Source: Longimicrobiales bacterium | GTDB taxonomy: Bacteria > Gemmatimonadota > Gemmatimonadetes > Longimicrobiales > Gaopeijiaceae | Length of the DNA stretch: 64,000 nt | Direction: 5' to 3' | Assembly (NCBI GenBank): GCA_963664435.2 | Contig: CAXXKM010000001.1 | Span: 64,001 to 128,000 of the forward strand | The notes under the pieces: generated by a model | Seen by the model: only the letters and a program-made list of their open reading frames with translations | Database searches by the model: none | Told to the model about the DNA's origin: nothing | Position numbers and translations under genes: made by a program | Part shown: one piece after another, positions 28,778 through 38,965 of the stretch | How the letters are laid out: each line of letters begins with the position of its first letter | Numbering within the stretch: the stretch's first letter is position 1

Positions 28778-29986
28778 GTGTTTCGCGCTGCCCCGGCGCT
28801 GTCCGCAACGGCCCTCATCGCCAGCTGCGCCGGCCCGCAGGCCGACGATCCGGGCGCTCCGCTCGAGCCGGGCGCGTCGGATATCGAAATACTGGGCACC
28901 TCCGGGTCCCTCGCAGTCGTACAGGACCTCGAGGTCTTGAGCGACGGCTCCGTCTGGGTCTTCAATTCGGTCGAGCCCTACTTCATTGGATTTAGCCCGG
29001 ACGGGGAGTCCCTCGGTGCCCACGGACGCGCCGGAGGCGGACCCGAGGAGTTCCCGATGCCCTCCGCCTTCCTCACGGGGGGATGGGAGGGCGAGGCATG
29101 GGTCTTCGATCTCCGGCGCCACGCCATGATCCGGGTTTCCCGGCCGGACGCGGACTGGGCGGAGATTCCCCTGCGGTCGGAGTCCCTGCCGCCCGGCAGC
29201 ATCCGGGGCGGAATGAACCTGGTGAGCGCGGCGGTCCGAACTGCCCGACTCGGCGGCGAAATCATCGTGCCCCGCGCGCGACCGCCGGGCGAGGGAGGCA
29301 TGCTCGGACTCCGACTCTCGCTCCTGGGAGCCGATCTGGTCGCGGTCGATCCGGAAGCAGCGGGGACCCGAACCCTCGTGACGCTCGGAGAGGTGCTGGA
29401 CGATCCATCCGGAGACTTCGTCCCAAGCGATGGCGGATTCCCGCAGTGGTATCGGCTGTGGGCCCCGTGCGGAGAGAACGTCGTGCGCGTCTATGACCGG
29501 GTGCGGCAACAGCTGCGTGGCTTCGACCGATCGGGATCGGAGGTGAACGCCATCGAACTTCCGCCCGTTCCCTTCACGGAGGTCACACCCCGACAGTTCG
29601 CCGGCGCGGTGTTCGAGCTGAGGCAGGCCGAGTTGACGGGAGACGTAAGGGGAAGGCTCGGCGAAGCGGACCGGCAGCGGGTCCTGAATCAGATGGCGCA
29701 GGGTGTCAGCGGCAGCCCGCGGGAGCTCGCGACCTACCTGCCGCATTATGTGGACTTCCGCTGCAGTGAAGACGGGACTATGTGGCTGCACCCGTTCGAT
29801 CCCGACGCCGGCGGACTGAACGGCGGTCCGCGCTGGCTGCGCATCTCGCCGAATGGAGTGCCGCGGAAAGTGCGTCTCCCCGACCGGTTCGACGCCCTGC
29901 GCTTCTCGGATTCCCGCATCTGGGGCGTCTATCGGGACGAGCTGGATGTCCCTTCCGTCGCGTCCATTCCGCTCCGGGCCGGCTGA
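28778..29986 (+). CDS. Hypothetical beta-propeller lipoprotein
   Basis: LIASC lipobox, HGRAGGGPEEF motif, C-terminal DELDVPSV. Confidence 0.7.
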   Translation: MFRAAPALSATALIASCAGPQADDPGAPLEPGASDIEILGTSGSLAVVQDLEVLSDGSVWVFNSVEPYFIGFSPDGESLGAHGRAGGGPEEFPMPSAFLTGGWEGEAWVFDLRRHAMIRVSRPDADWAEIPLRSESLPPGSIRGGMNLVSAAVRTARLGGEIIVPRARPPGEGGMLGLRLSLLGADLVAVDPEAAGTRTLVTLGEVLDDPSGDFVPSDGGFPQWYRLWAPCGENVVRVYDRVRQQLRGFDRSGSEVNAIELPPVPFTEVTPRQFAGAVFELRQAELTGDVRGRLGEADRQRVLNQMAQGVSGSPRELATYLPHYVDFRCSEDGTMWLHPFDPDAGGLNGGPRWLRISPNGVPRKVRLPDRFDALRFSDSRIWGVYRDELDVPSVASIPLRAG

Positions 29987-30066
29987 TCTGGTGCAGCGAA
30001 CGACCCGCCGGCATCGACCGGGCCTCTGCGTCCCGCCCCTGCACGGTCCCACCTGCACGGTTTCTC

Positions 30067-32358
30067 GTGGATAACGTCCGTGGCACGGCGGTTCGTGCGT
30101 GTGGCGACGGAGTCCGTCGGCATCCGCTGGCGCTCGTCCTGTTTCTCGCGGTCGCTCCCGCGCTCGTCAGTCCCCGGGTCTCCGCGCAGGAGCCGGAGCA
30201 GGGACATGTGTTCGAGGGCAACGTGCGCGACGCGGGCACCGGTGAACCCCTGGCGGGAGCGCAGGTCTCGGTGGTCGGGAGGGAAACCAGAGCGGTGACC
30301 CGCGGGGACGGGAGCTTCCACCTGACCGGGTTGGCCGCGGGCGGGTACGTCCTTCGAGCCGACCGTCTGGGATACAGGGGCGCCACCGTTGTGGTAACCG
30401 TGGGGACCGAGCGCGCGCGCCGAGCGGTGGCGGAGTCGGCAGAGGTCGTGATCGAGCTGGTGCCGTCTCCCATTGCGCTGGAGAACCTGGTGGTGACGGC
30501 CACGATCAGCGAGCGGGCCGCGGCCGAGGCGCTACGGCCGGTCAGCGTCATGGCCGGCGATGTCCTGCAGCGCCAGATGACGGCGACCGTGGCGGGGACC
30601 CTGGCGTCAATGCCCGGGCTGGCCGCCACCAGGATGGGTCCATCGGTTGCGCAGCCGGTGATCCGGGGACTGAGCGGGGATCGGGTACTGATGCTCGAGG
30701 ACGGGATTGCGGTCGGGGACGCCTCCAACTCGGGCGCGGACCACACGACCGCACTCGACCCTTCGTCGGCACGGCGGATCGAGGTTGTGCGGGGTCCGGG
30801 TGCTCTGCTCTACGGAGGCAACGCGCTGGGCGGGGTCATCAACGTCATCCGCGACGAGATTCCGTCCGCCGTGCCGCGCCACCTGACGGGCGCGGCGACA
30901 CTGCAGACGCAGACCGCGACCGGCTCGCTGGCCGGCAGCGCGACATCCGTCTTCGCCATCTCGGAGAGCGTGCCGCTGCGTGTGGAGGTGGCCGCACGGA
31001 CGGCGGGAGATCTGAAGACGCCGGCCGGCACGCTTCTCAACACCGACGGCGAACTGTTGAGCGGGGGTGCGGGGACGGCCTGGCTGTCCGATTGGGGTCG
31101 CGTGGGGACGTCCTTCCGCGGCTACCGCAACTACTACGGCATCCCGGGCGGCTTCGTGGGTGGGCACGAGGAGGGGGTGCGCATCGAAATGGAGCGATTC
31201 TCATCGAAGTTGCGGACCGCGGTCGAGGAGCCGGTCGGGCCCTTCCGCAACCTCCGCTTCGACGCGACACACTCCTGGTACACGCACCGCGAGATCGAGG
31301 CATCGGACATTGTGGGGACGATCTTCGAGCAGCAGAGCGCGAGCGCGGATGTCCTGGGTCGGCATGGGCGTTGGGGTCCGTTTACGGCGGGTGCGATGGG
31401 CGGCCGAGCGTCGTGGGAGGATTTCGGATACGGGGGATCGCTGTACACGCCGGACACGCGTCGGCTCAAGGCGGCCCTGTACCTGCTCGAGGAGGTCGAT
31501 CTGGGCTCCCTCCAGATCGAGTCGGGGCTGCGCTACGACTGGACCCTGACCGATCCGGGGGAGGATCGGATTTCGGACATCGGTGAGATCCGTGACCGCA
31601 GGTTCCCCTCCCTGTCGGGGTCGTTGGGTGTCCTCTACAACTCCGCCTCGGGGCTGGTGCTCGGCGCAAGCGTTGTCCGGGCGTTCCGCACGCCCGACGT
31701 CACCGAACTCTACTCGGAAGGGCCGCATCTGGCGGCCTACGTCTTTGAAGTCGGAAATCCGTCTCTGGAGGGCGAGGTCGGGAAGGGGCTCGACGTCTTC
31801 GTCCGCTACGAATCCGAACGACTGAGGGCCGAGGTGACCGGCTTCCACAACGACATCAGGAACCACATCTACGGGGAGGACACGGGCCGCCTGAGCCGCG
31901 TCCGCCTCCCCATTTATCAGTTCCGGGGCAACGACGCCGTGTTCACCGGCTTCGAGGCCGGCGTGGACGTTGACGCCGGGCGGGGGCTGGCGCTGGAGGG
32001 CGTGGCCTCACTGGTGAAGGGCAGCCTCAAGGGGAGTGGTCGGCCTTTGCCTCTCGTTCCTCCGCTCAAGGGACATGTGGCCGTAAAGTACGAGCGGCCG
32101 TCGTGGTATGTCCGAGCCGAGGCCGAGATGGCAAACCGTCAGGACCGGGTCGGCGAATTCGAGACGCCGACGCATGGGTACACCGTCTTTAACGCCGCGG
32201 CAGGGGTGCGGGTTACGGTCGGCGGGCGTCTGAACGTCCTTACCGTGAGCCTCGCCAACGCCGCGAATGCCGAGTACCGCAACCATCTCTCCCGGGTGAA
32301 GGAGATCATGCCGGAGGCCGCGCGGAGTCTGAACGTCACCTATCGGGTGGTCTTCTGA
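30067..32358 (+). CDS. TonB-dependent receptor, ZnuD-like, with N-terminal carboxypeptidase-regulatory-like domain (start approximate)
   Basis: PVIRGLSGDRV, DH..ALDP, IEVVRGPGALLYGGNALGGVINVI, ELYSEGPH, C-terminal Phe. Confidence 0.9.
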   Translation: MDNVRGTAVRACGDGVRRHPLALVLFLAVAPALVSPRVSAQEPEQGHVFEGNVRDAGTGEPLAGAQVSVVGRETRAVTRGDGSFHLTGLAAGGYVLRADRLGYRGATVVVTVGTERARRAVAESAEVVIELVPSPIALENLVVTATISERAAAEALRPVSVMAGDVLQRQMTATVAGTLASMPGLAATRMGPSVAQPVIRGLSGDRVLMLEDGIAVGDASNSGADHTTALDPSSARRIEVVRGPGALLYGGNALGGVINVIRDEIPSAVPRHLTGAATLQTQTATGSLAGSATSVFAISESVPLRVEVAARTAGDLKTPAGTLLNTDGELLSGGAGTAWLSDWGRVGTSFRGYRNYYGIPGGFVGGHEEGVRIEMERFSSKLRTAVEEPVGPFRNLRFDATHSWYTHREIEASDIVGTIFEQQSASADVLGRHGRWGPFTAGAMGGRASWEDFGYGGSLYTPDTRRLKAALYLLEEVDLGSLQIESGLRYDWTLTDPGEDRISDIGEIRDRRFPSLSGSLGVLYNSASGLVLGASVVRAFRTPDVTELYSEGPHLAAYVFEVGNPSLEGEVGKGLDVFVRYESERLRAEVTGFHNDIRNHIYGEDTGRLSRVRLPIYQFRGNDAVFTGFEAGVDVDAGRGLALEGVASLVKGSLKGSGRPLPLVPPLKGHVAVKYERPSWYVRAEAEMANRQDRVGEFETPTHGYTVFNAAAGVRVTVGGRLNVLTVSLANAANAEYRNHLSRVKEIMPEAARSLNVTYRVVF

Positions 32359-32365
32359 GGTCGAG

Positions 32366-33472
32366 TCAGCGCGCCAGCCAGGCGCTGAAGCGCTCGTTCA
32401 GTTCGTCCTGGTGGTCGACCCAGAACGCCCAGTCGTAACGGAGCGCACGCTCCACGTTGCCCGCGCTGGCCGGCATGTGCGGCGCCATGTCGACCCCTGC
32501 GACTACATGGGTCGTCACCAGCGGCATGCCGGATCTGCGCGCCGGGGAATAGGAGATGCGGCGGCCGATCCGCGCCAGAGACTCGGCGCTGGTGCTGAAG
32601 GCCACGTATCTCAGCGCCTCTTCCAGCCTCGGTGTACCCGCGACGATCCCGACCTGACCCACGTCCAGCAACTGCCCGTCCCACACGATCACGAACCGTT
32701 GGTTCTCCAGGATCCGGCCATTGAAAATGCGACCGTTGTAGGCCGTGCTCATGACCACCTCCCGGTCGGCCAACATCTGGGGCGGCTGGGCGCCCGCCTC
32801 CCACCACACCACTTCGTCCTTGATCGTTTCGAGCATGGCAAAGGCCCGGTCCAGTCCCTCCGGCGTCTCGAGGGTGGCGTACACCTCGTCGAGCGGCACG
32901 CCATCGGCGATCAGGGCGAATTCCAGGTTTACCTGTGGTACCCGCCGCATTCCGCGGCGGCCCGGGAACTTCTCCAGGTCGAAGAAGTCGGCCATGGTGG
33001 TGGGTCTTTCGCCCTGGAAGCTCTCGTCGTTGTACGCATACACGGTCGACCAGTACAGATTGCCCACCCCGCACTCGGTGTGGCTCTCGGCCACGAAGTC
33101 GTCGGCCGCGGGAGTGCCATCGGGTCCGGGGGGCAGATCGTCGATGTCTATCGGCTCGAGCAGCCCCTCGTCGCAACCGCGCACCGCATCGGCCATCTCC
33201 AGATCGACCACATCCCAGTGGACGCTGCCGATGTCCACCTGCGCCCGTATCTGGGCCAGGCCGCCGTTGTAGGCCTCCACGCTGATACGGATGCCGGTCG
33301 CCTCGGTGAAGGGAATGTTGACGCCCTCGTTGACGGCCCGGCCGTAGGAGCCGCCCCACGACACGACGGTGATCGACTGCCCGGCGACGGGCTGGAGCGG
33401 GACGCTGGAAAGGAGCGCGCCGAGCCCCAGGATGGTCACCGCGGGAACGCGTCTCATTACTTCTCTTCTCAT
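32366..33472 (-). CDS. ABC transporter substrate-binding protein (polyamine/PotD-like family), orphan
   Basis: Signal peptide, VVSWGGSY, DFFDLEKFPGRRG, LEFALIADGV, AYNGR, ERFSAWL. Confidence 0.88.
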   Translation of the reverse strand: MRREVMRRVPAVTILGLGALLSSVPLQPVAGQSITVVSWGGSYGRAVNEGVNIPFTEATGIRISVEAYNGGLAQIRAQVDIGSVHWDVVDLEMADAVRGCDEGLLEPIDIDDLPPGPDGTPAADDFVAESHTECGVGNLYWSTVYAYNDESFQGERPTTMADFFDLEKFPGRRGMRRVPQVNLEFALIADGVPLDEVYATLETPEGLDRAFAMLETIKDEVVWWEAGAQPPQMLADREVVMSTAYNGRIFNGRILENQRFVIVWDGQLLDVGQVGIVAGTPRLEEALRYVAFSTSAESLARIGRRISYSPARRSGMPLVTTHVVAGVDMAPHMPASAGNVERALRYDWAFWVDHQDELNERFSAWLAR

Positions 33473-33504
33473 GCCGTTTCTCCCTCAGGACAAACCATAC
33501 CGGA

Positions 33505-35679
33505 CTACGGCCTCCCCTCTGTCGCCACCGCCGCCCCGCCCATCAGGTAGCGGTCGAAGAAGCGGTCCGTCGCGTGGAAGGTGGTCAGCCAGCGCTCGTG
33601 CAGCAGGAAGTCGTGCACGTCGTCCGGGAAGACGATGAGTTCGTGGGGCACGCCCTGCGCCCGCAGCAGCTGCACCAGCCCGACGGTCTGCGAGAACGCC
33701 ACGTTGCGGTCATCGTCCCCGTGGATGAGCAGGACCGGCGACGTCCAGTTCTCGATCTCCGAGATCGCGGAAGACTGGTACGACACCGATTCCGGGTCGA
33801 TGGAGTTGCCCCACAGGTGCACGCCGGCGATGTCGACGCCCGCCGCGAAGAGGTCGGACTCGCGCGCGAGTCCCTGGGCGGTGAGGATGCCCCCGTAGGA
33901 GAGGCCCCAGAGCCCGATGCGCGCGGGATCCACGTCGGGGCGGTCGCGCAGATACTCGCCGGCGACCCGGATGTCCTGGTACTCGGTGTTGCCCTCGCGT
34001 CCGCGCCCTGGGGCGTTGCGGAATTCGCGGCCGTAGCCGATGCCGCTCCGGTAGTTCACCGAAAGCACCACGTAGCCCTTGTTCGCGAAGTACTGGTTGA
34101 TGGCGTAGGCCATGTGGTAGAAATGCATGTAGTGGTACCCGAGCAGCATCTGCCGCCGGGATCCCCCGTGGATGAATATGAGCGCCGGACGCTGTTCGCC
34201 GGGCTCGAGGTCCGGGGGCAGGAAGAGCTGGTTGTAGAACTCGAAGCCGTCTTCGGCGTCGAGCGTGACCGCCTCGGGGACGACGTGTTCATCGTGGGGA
34301 TAGCGGGCCGGAAGCTCGCGAATCGTCCTCGCATCGCCCCCGGAAGCCGGCGCCACCGCCACCGTGAGCGGATGGCTCGCGCTCGCGGCAAGCAGCGCCA
34401 CCTGTTCGCCGCTCGCCAGCACGGCCGGCCAGGTCTCGACGCCGTCGCCGCGGGTGAGCTGACGCGCCCCTCTGCCCGCGGTGGGCACGCTCCACAGGTG
34501 GCGCCGGTCGATGTCGCCCGCGTTGGTGGCGTAGAATAGGGTGCGCCCGTCCGCCGAGAGCGAGATGTACTCGGCGATGCCGTCGCCCGGCGTCAACTCG
34601 ACGGGTTCCCTGGTGCCCCCTCCTGCGGCGATCGCGTAGTACCGGCGCCACCCGCCGGGCTCGGCCTGGAAGATGATGTGGTCGCCGGCCCAGATGACCT
34701 CGCGCACCTCGCGGTAGATGCTGTCGCCGGGCGGGCTGTGCCACACCTCGACCGCTTCCCCCGTGCGCACGTCACCGACCCAGATGGAGAAGTCGTACCC
34801 GCCGGCGAAGCGGGCCTCGGTCATCCCGGCGGGCCAGGTGCCGCCGGTGGCGCTGTCTTCGGCAGGACTGCCCCCGGTGGCGCCCCCCCGCTCCGCCCGC
34901 GCGCCGAAGGGCAGCCCCGGCCTGCGGACGAAGGCGACCCGGGTCGCGTCCGGCGACCAGGTGGGGCTGGTATCGCGGTCGACCGCGGGGCCCAGGTATG
35001 TGACCGCGGGACTCTCGGTGTCGTATATGCCGATGAAGCTGTGGTCTTCCCGGTCGCTCACGAAAGCGAGGCGCCGCGAGTCCGGTGACCACACCGGGTC
35101 GCCCTGACTGCCGAACACGCTGAAAAGCGGCCGCTCCGGGTCGCCGGTCGCAACCCCGGGGTTCACCGGGGCCCGATAGATGTCGCCATCGCTCTCCCAG
35201 GCGATCCACGCCCCGTCGGGGGAGAGCGCCACATTCCAAGCCTCCGCCACCCGCCAGGGCTCGCCGCCCGCAGTGCTCACGGCCCACGCGGCCCTCTCGG
35301 CGCCCCGGGGATCGCTGGCGGGGTTGGCGATCCATCCCTGCCGGTTGGGAGTGTGCCCGCGCAGGAAGACCAGCGTGGACCCGTCGTCCGAGATGCGCAG
35401 GCTCGACAGGTCGCGCCCGTCATCGTCCTCGAAGCGCGTCAGCCGCTCCGGCACGAAGTCGGGCGCCACCGCCGTGTACACGTTGCGCTTCCCCTCCTCG
35501 TACTCGATCCAGGCGATGCGGTCCGCCGCCCTGGCCGACACCAGCTGCACCGGATACCCGGGGCTGAGCACGTCCTCGATCGAGAAGCGCTGCGCCTGGG
35601 CAGGCAGGGCGCCGAGCGGGGCGAGGGCGGGGAAAGAAAGCAGCGCGAGAGCCAAATGCAGCAGGCGAGGGCGCGTCAT
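33505..35679 (-). CDS. Secreted S9 peptidase with TolB-like repeats
   Basis: WSPD repeats, IHGG, NYRSG.GYG, WGLSYGG, HGDDDRNV, DDVHDF. Confidence 0.92.
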   Translation of the reverse strand: MTRPRLLHLALALLSFPALAPLGALPAQAQRFSIEDVLSPGYPVQLVSARAADRIAWIEYEEGKRNVYTAVAPDFVPERLTRFEDDDGRDLSSLRISDDGSTLVFLRGHTPNRQGWIANPASDPRGAERAAWAVSTAGGEPWRVAEAWNVALSPDGAWIAWESDGDIYRAPVNPGVATGDPERPLFSVFGSQGDPVWSPDSRRLAFVSDREDHSFIGIYDTESPAVTYLGPAVDRDTSPTWSPDATRVAFVRRPGLPFGARAERGGATGGSPAEDSATGGTWPAGMTEARFAGGYDFSIWVGDVRTGEAVEVWHSPPGDSIYREVREVIWAGDHIIFQAEPGGWRRYYAIAAGGGTREPVELTPGDGIAEYISLSADGRTLFYATNAGDIDRRHLWSVPTAGRGARQLTRGDGVETWPAVLASGEQVALLAASASHPLTVAVAPASGGDARTIRELPARYPHDEHVVPEAVTLDAEDGFEFYNQLFLPPDLEPGEQRPALIFIHGGSRRQMLLGYHYMHFYHMAYAINQYFANKGYVVLSVNYRSGIGYGREFRNAPGRGREGNTEYQDIRVAGEYLRDRPDVDPARIGLWGLSYGGILTAQGLARESDLFAAGVDIAGVHLWGNSIDPESVSYQSSAISEIENWTSPVLLIHGDDDRNVAFSQTVGLVQLLRAQGVPHELIVFPDDVHDFLLHERWLTTFHATDRFFDRYLMGGAAVATEGRP

Positions 35680-35923
35680 GATTCGCCTCCGGGAGACTGG
35701 GCGAGACGGTTGGGACCACGGAATGTCAGGATGACACCACGCCAACCATCCGGCAACGTCCCGGCCGCGCATCTCCGCGCCCCGCGCGCGGACCGCATAA
35801 GTCAGCGACGCCCCGTCCGGCTCCGAGAGGCACCAGGGACCTCGGCTGCGGCTGGCGCTTTTCCGCCCCTTGGCCCATCCTGACGCCTGAAGCCGCCAAG
35901 CACGCAAACGAAGGAAGCATCCC

Positions 35924-37480
35924 ATGAGCATCCGACGCACCCTTCTCGCCGCAGCCGCCCTCTCCCTCGCGGCGCCGCTGCCCGCCCAGACCTTCCCCTC
36001 CGACGACTCCGTCATCCAGGCGATGTGGGAGGAGGGCATGGGCTCGGGAAGCCAGGCCTTCGACCTGGCGCAGGCGCTGCTCGACTCCATCGGTCCCCGG
36101 CTGATGGGCTCGCCGGCCTACTCGCACGCCGCGGACTGGCTGATCTCCAACTACGAGAGCTGGGGCATCGAGGCGGAACGCCAGGACTACGGCACCTGGA
36201 TCGGATGGGATCGCGGCTTTACCCACATCGACATGCTCGAGCCCCGCAGGCGCACGCTCGAGGGCACGCTGCTCGCGTGGAGCCCCGGCACCGACGGACC
36301 CCTGGAGGGCGAGGTGATCGCGTTGCCCAGCTTCGCCAACGCCGCCGAGCTGAACGCCTGGCTGCCCTCGGCCGAGGGCAAGTTCGTCGCGGTCTCCTTC
36401 GCGGAACCGACCTGCCGCGAGGACCAATCGTGGCTGGACCACGCCACACCCGAGTCCTTCCAGCGCATGAGCGAAGCCCGGGAAGCGGCACGAGAGGAAT
36501 GGGCGGCCGGCTATCAGCTCACCTTCATCCCCAACGCCGGCCCCCGGCGGCTGGAGGAAGCGGGCGCTCTCGGGCTCATCACGGGTCGCTGGTCCGAGGG
36601 CTGGGGCGTGGACAAGATCTTCGCCTCCTCGACCCGCGAGATCCCGTCGCTGCATCTGGCGTGCGAGGACTACTCCCTCCTGCACCGGCTCGCGTCGAGG
36701 GCCCAGGGCCCGCGCATCCGCCTGGAAGCCGACGCCGCATTCCTGGGCGACGTCCCCGCCTTCAACGTGGTGGCCACCATCCCGGGCACCGAGCTGCCCG
36801 ACGAGTACGTGCTGCTGAGCGCGCATCTGGACTCGTGGGACGGCGCCTCGGGCGCGACCGACAACGGCACCGGCACCATCATGATGCACGAGGCGATGCG
36901 CATCCTGAGGGAGACCTATCCGAACCCTCGCCGCACGATCATGGTGGGGCACTGGGGCGGCGAGGAGCAGGGGCTGATCGGCTCCAACGCCTTTGCGGCC
37001 GACAACCCCGAGGTGGTGGACGGGCTTCAGGCCTCCTTCAACCAGGACAACGGCACCTGGCGCATCGACTTCATCCGCATGCAGGGCTTCCTGGGCGCCG
37101 GGGAACACTTCGCCCGCTGGTTCGAGCGCATCCCGCCGGAGATCACCGGCCACATCGAGCTGGACGTGCCCGGTGTGCCCGAGACCGGCGGCTCGGACCA
37201 CATGTCGTTCATCTGCAAGCCCGCGCCCGGGTTCCGGCTCCAGTCCAACTATCCCGACTATCGCCAGTACACCTGGCACACCAACCGCGACACCTTCGAC
37301 AAGATCGTCTTCGACGACCTGCGCAACAACGCGACCCTGGCCGCCATGCTCACCTACATGGCGTCGGAGGACCCGGAGCGGATGGACGTCAGCCAGCGCG
37401 TACTGCCGGTCAACCCCGCAACCGGCCGGCAGACGATGTGGCCCCGCTGCCGTCCGCCGAGGAGGAGCTTCGGGGGATAG
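35924..37480 (+). CDS. Secreted M28 family peptidase (carboxypeptidase Q-like)
   Basis: SAHLDSWD, GATDNG, GEEQGL, GSDH, WHTNRDT. Confidence 0.92.
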   Translation: MSIRRTLLAAAALSLAAPLPAQTFPSDDSVIQAMWEEGMGSGSQAFDLAQALLDSIGPRLMGSPAYSHAADWLISNYESWGIEAERQDYGTWIGWDRGFTHIDMLEPRRRTLEGTLLAWSPGTDGPLEGEVIALPSFANAAELNAWLPSAEGKFVAVSFAEPTCREDQSWLDHATPESFQRMSEAREAAREEWAAGYQLTFIPNAGPRRLEEAGALGLITGRWSEGWGVDKIFASSTREIPSLHLACEDYSLLHRLASRAQGPRIRLEADAAFLGDVPAFNVVATIPGTELPDEYVLLSAHLDSWDGASGATDNGTGTIMMHEAMRILRETYPNPRRTIMVGHWGGEEQGLIGSNAFAADNPEVVDGLQASFNQDNGTWRIDFIRMQGFLGAGEHFARWFERIPPEITGHIELDVPGVPETGGSDHMSFICKPAPGFRLQSNYPDYRQYTWHTNRDTFDKIVFDDLRNNATLAAMLTYMASEDPERMDVSQRVLPVNPATGRQTMWPRCRPPRRSFGG

Positions 37481-37500
37481 CCGGCGGCAGGCAGACCATC

Positions 37501-38160
37501 ATGAGGACCCCGCACGGCAACGGTCTCCGCGACGCAATCCCGGCCCTGTTCCTCCTGGCCGCCTGCTCGCCGCTCGGAGCCCTGAAACCGGAGAACATCC
37601 CACCCGGTCTGCACGACCCGCAAACCGCGCGCGTCCGGCCGAGCGACCCCGCGGGCGCCTCCACCGCGCAGGATACGATCCGCACCCGGAATCTGCTCCT
37701 CTGGGGCGGCATCGACGCCGACCGCGTGCCCTACCTCGACCCCGTGTTCGTAATCGACGCCCCGCCCGCACTTCCGCGCTCGATCGGTGAGTACGCCGTC
37801 ATCGGTCGGGCCGGCAACGGTACAGTGCTCTTCTCTCTCCCCTTCGAGATGCCGGTGGTGGCCGATGGCGACGGCAGCTCAAGCTTCGTCTTCATGCTCC
37901 CGGTGGAGCCGGGATGGGAGGGCAGGCTTGCCAGCGTCACCCTTGCCGGACCAGGCGGGTCGGCCACGCTGGACGAGAACACCAATCGTCCGATGGCCAT
38001 CCTTCGTGACCCGGAAACCGGGCGAATTCAGGCTATCCTGCGAGACCTCCCGCCGACCATCGTGACGCAGGCGGTTGCGGACACCGCCGTCGCACGGGAT
38101 CCGGGGATCGATGTGCTCTTCAGCCGCGGGATTCCGGGTCCCGGTTCCTGGCGGCGCTGA
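37501..38160 (+). CDS. Hypothetical lipoprotein consisting of a conserved C-terminal module
   Basis: LLAAC lipobox; LLLWGG.DAD..PYLDPVFVIDAPP...ADGDGSSSF...LFSRGIP...WRR. Confidence 0.6.
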   Translation: MRTPHGNGLRDAIPALFLLAACSPLGALKPENIPPGLHDPQTARVRPSDPAGASTAQDTIRTRNLLLWGGIDADRVPYLDPVFVIDAPPALPRSIGEYAVIGRAGNGTVLFSLPFEMPVVADGDGSSSFVFMLPVEPGWEGRLASVTLAGPGGSATLDENTNRPMAILRDPETGRIQAILRDLPPTIVTQAVADTAVARDPGIDVLFSRGIPGPGSWRR

Positions 38161-38241
38161 CCGCAGCCGGCGATGGGGTTACCACCAGAAGCGTTCCCGA
38201 GCCAGTCGGGCTCGCGGACGTGGAGGTCTCCGGCTTCGGGA

Positions 38242-38625
38242 CTACGGGGCGGGGGGCTGGCTGCGCTCGGCGCCCGTCCGTACGGTCGCATTGACCGTTG
38301 CACCCTCTTCGATCAGGATGCGCCCGGCGTCGATCTCGCCGGTCACATTGCAGCGTGCCTTGAGTTTCACAAGCGAATCGATCGTCAGGTTGCCCTGAAT
38401 CCGACCGTCGAGCACGGCATCCCTGGCGCTGATGTCACCGATGACCACCCCGTCCCTGCCGATGGAGATCACCTCGTCGGCATGCATGCTCCCTTCCAAC
38501 CTGCCGTCGATCTGCACGCTGCCCGCCGTCTTGCAGTGGCCCACTACAGTCGTTCCGGTCCCCACCAGTGACATGGTACCATTCGGCATCGCGGGCGAGC
38601 TCTCAATCGGTCGACTCTTCTTCAT
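38242..38625 (-). CDS. Bactofilin (polymer-forming cytoskeletal protein)
   Basis: SLVGTGTTVVG, VQIDGRLEG, IGRDGVVIGDI, VTGEI...ILIEEGATVNA beta-helix pattern. Confidence 0.88.
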   Translation of the reverse strand: MKKSRPIESSPAMPNGTMSLVGTGTTVVGHCKTAGSVQIDGRLEGSMHADEVISIGRDGVVIGDISARDAVLDGRIQGNLTIDSLVKLKARCNVTGEIDAGRILIEEGATVNATVRTGAERSQPPAP

Positions 38626-38965
38626 TACAGCTCTTCTCCCGGGCAGCGAGGCGTAAGGATTCGGCCGTCCGAAACTCGCCGCTTGGGGTTGCGCCATCCG
38701 CAGGCCGATTCCCAGGCTGGACCGCCTCCTTTTTCGCGGACGGCTTGGGTCGCGTAATCATAACTTGGAGGATGTAATCCTAACAGCGGCCCTGCCGCTT
38801 GCAAACGCAACCTGGTCGGAAGCCTCCTGCTCACGCTCGACCGCCGCCTGGCCCGCTCTCCCGGCCCGACCTGCGAGATCATCACCCCGCCCGACTTGCG
38901 CGTCGTGCGGGAGCCGGCGGCCACCACGAGCCGGACAGCTCCCTCGACCGGTCAGGCATCCTCCC

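Noticed and set aside
38626..38965. Riboswitch or ncRNA upstream of bactofilin
   Set aside because: No conserved aptamer motif recognised; only a plausible TTGCAA-N16-TAGGAT promoter on the minus strand.
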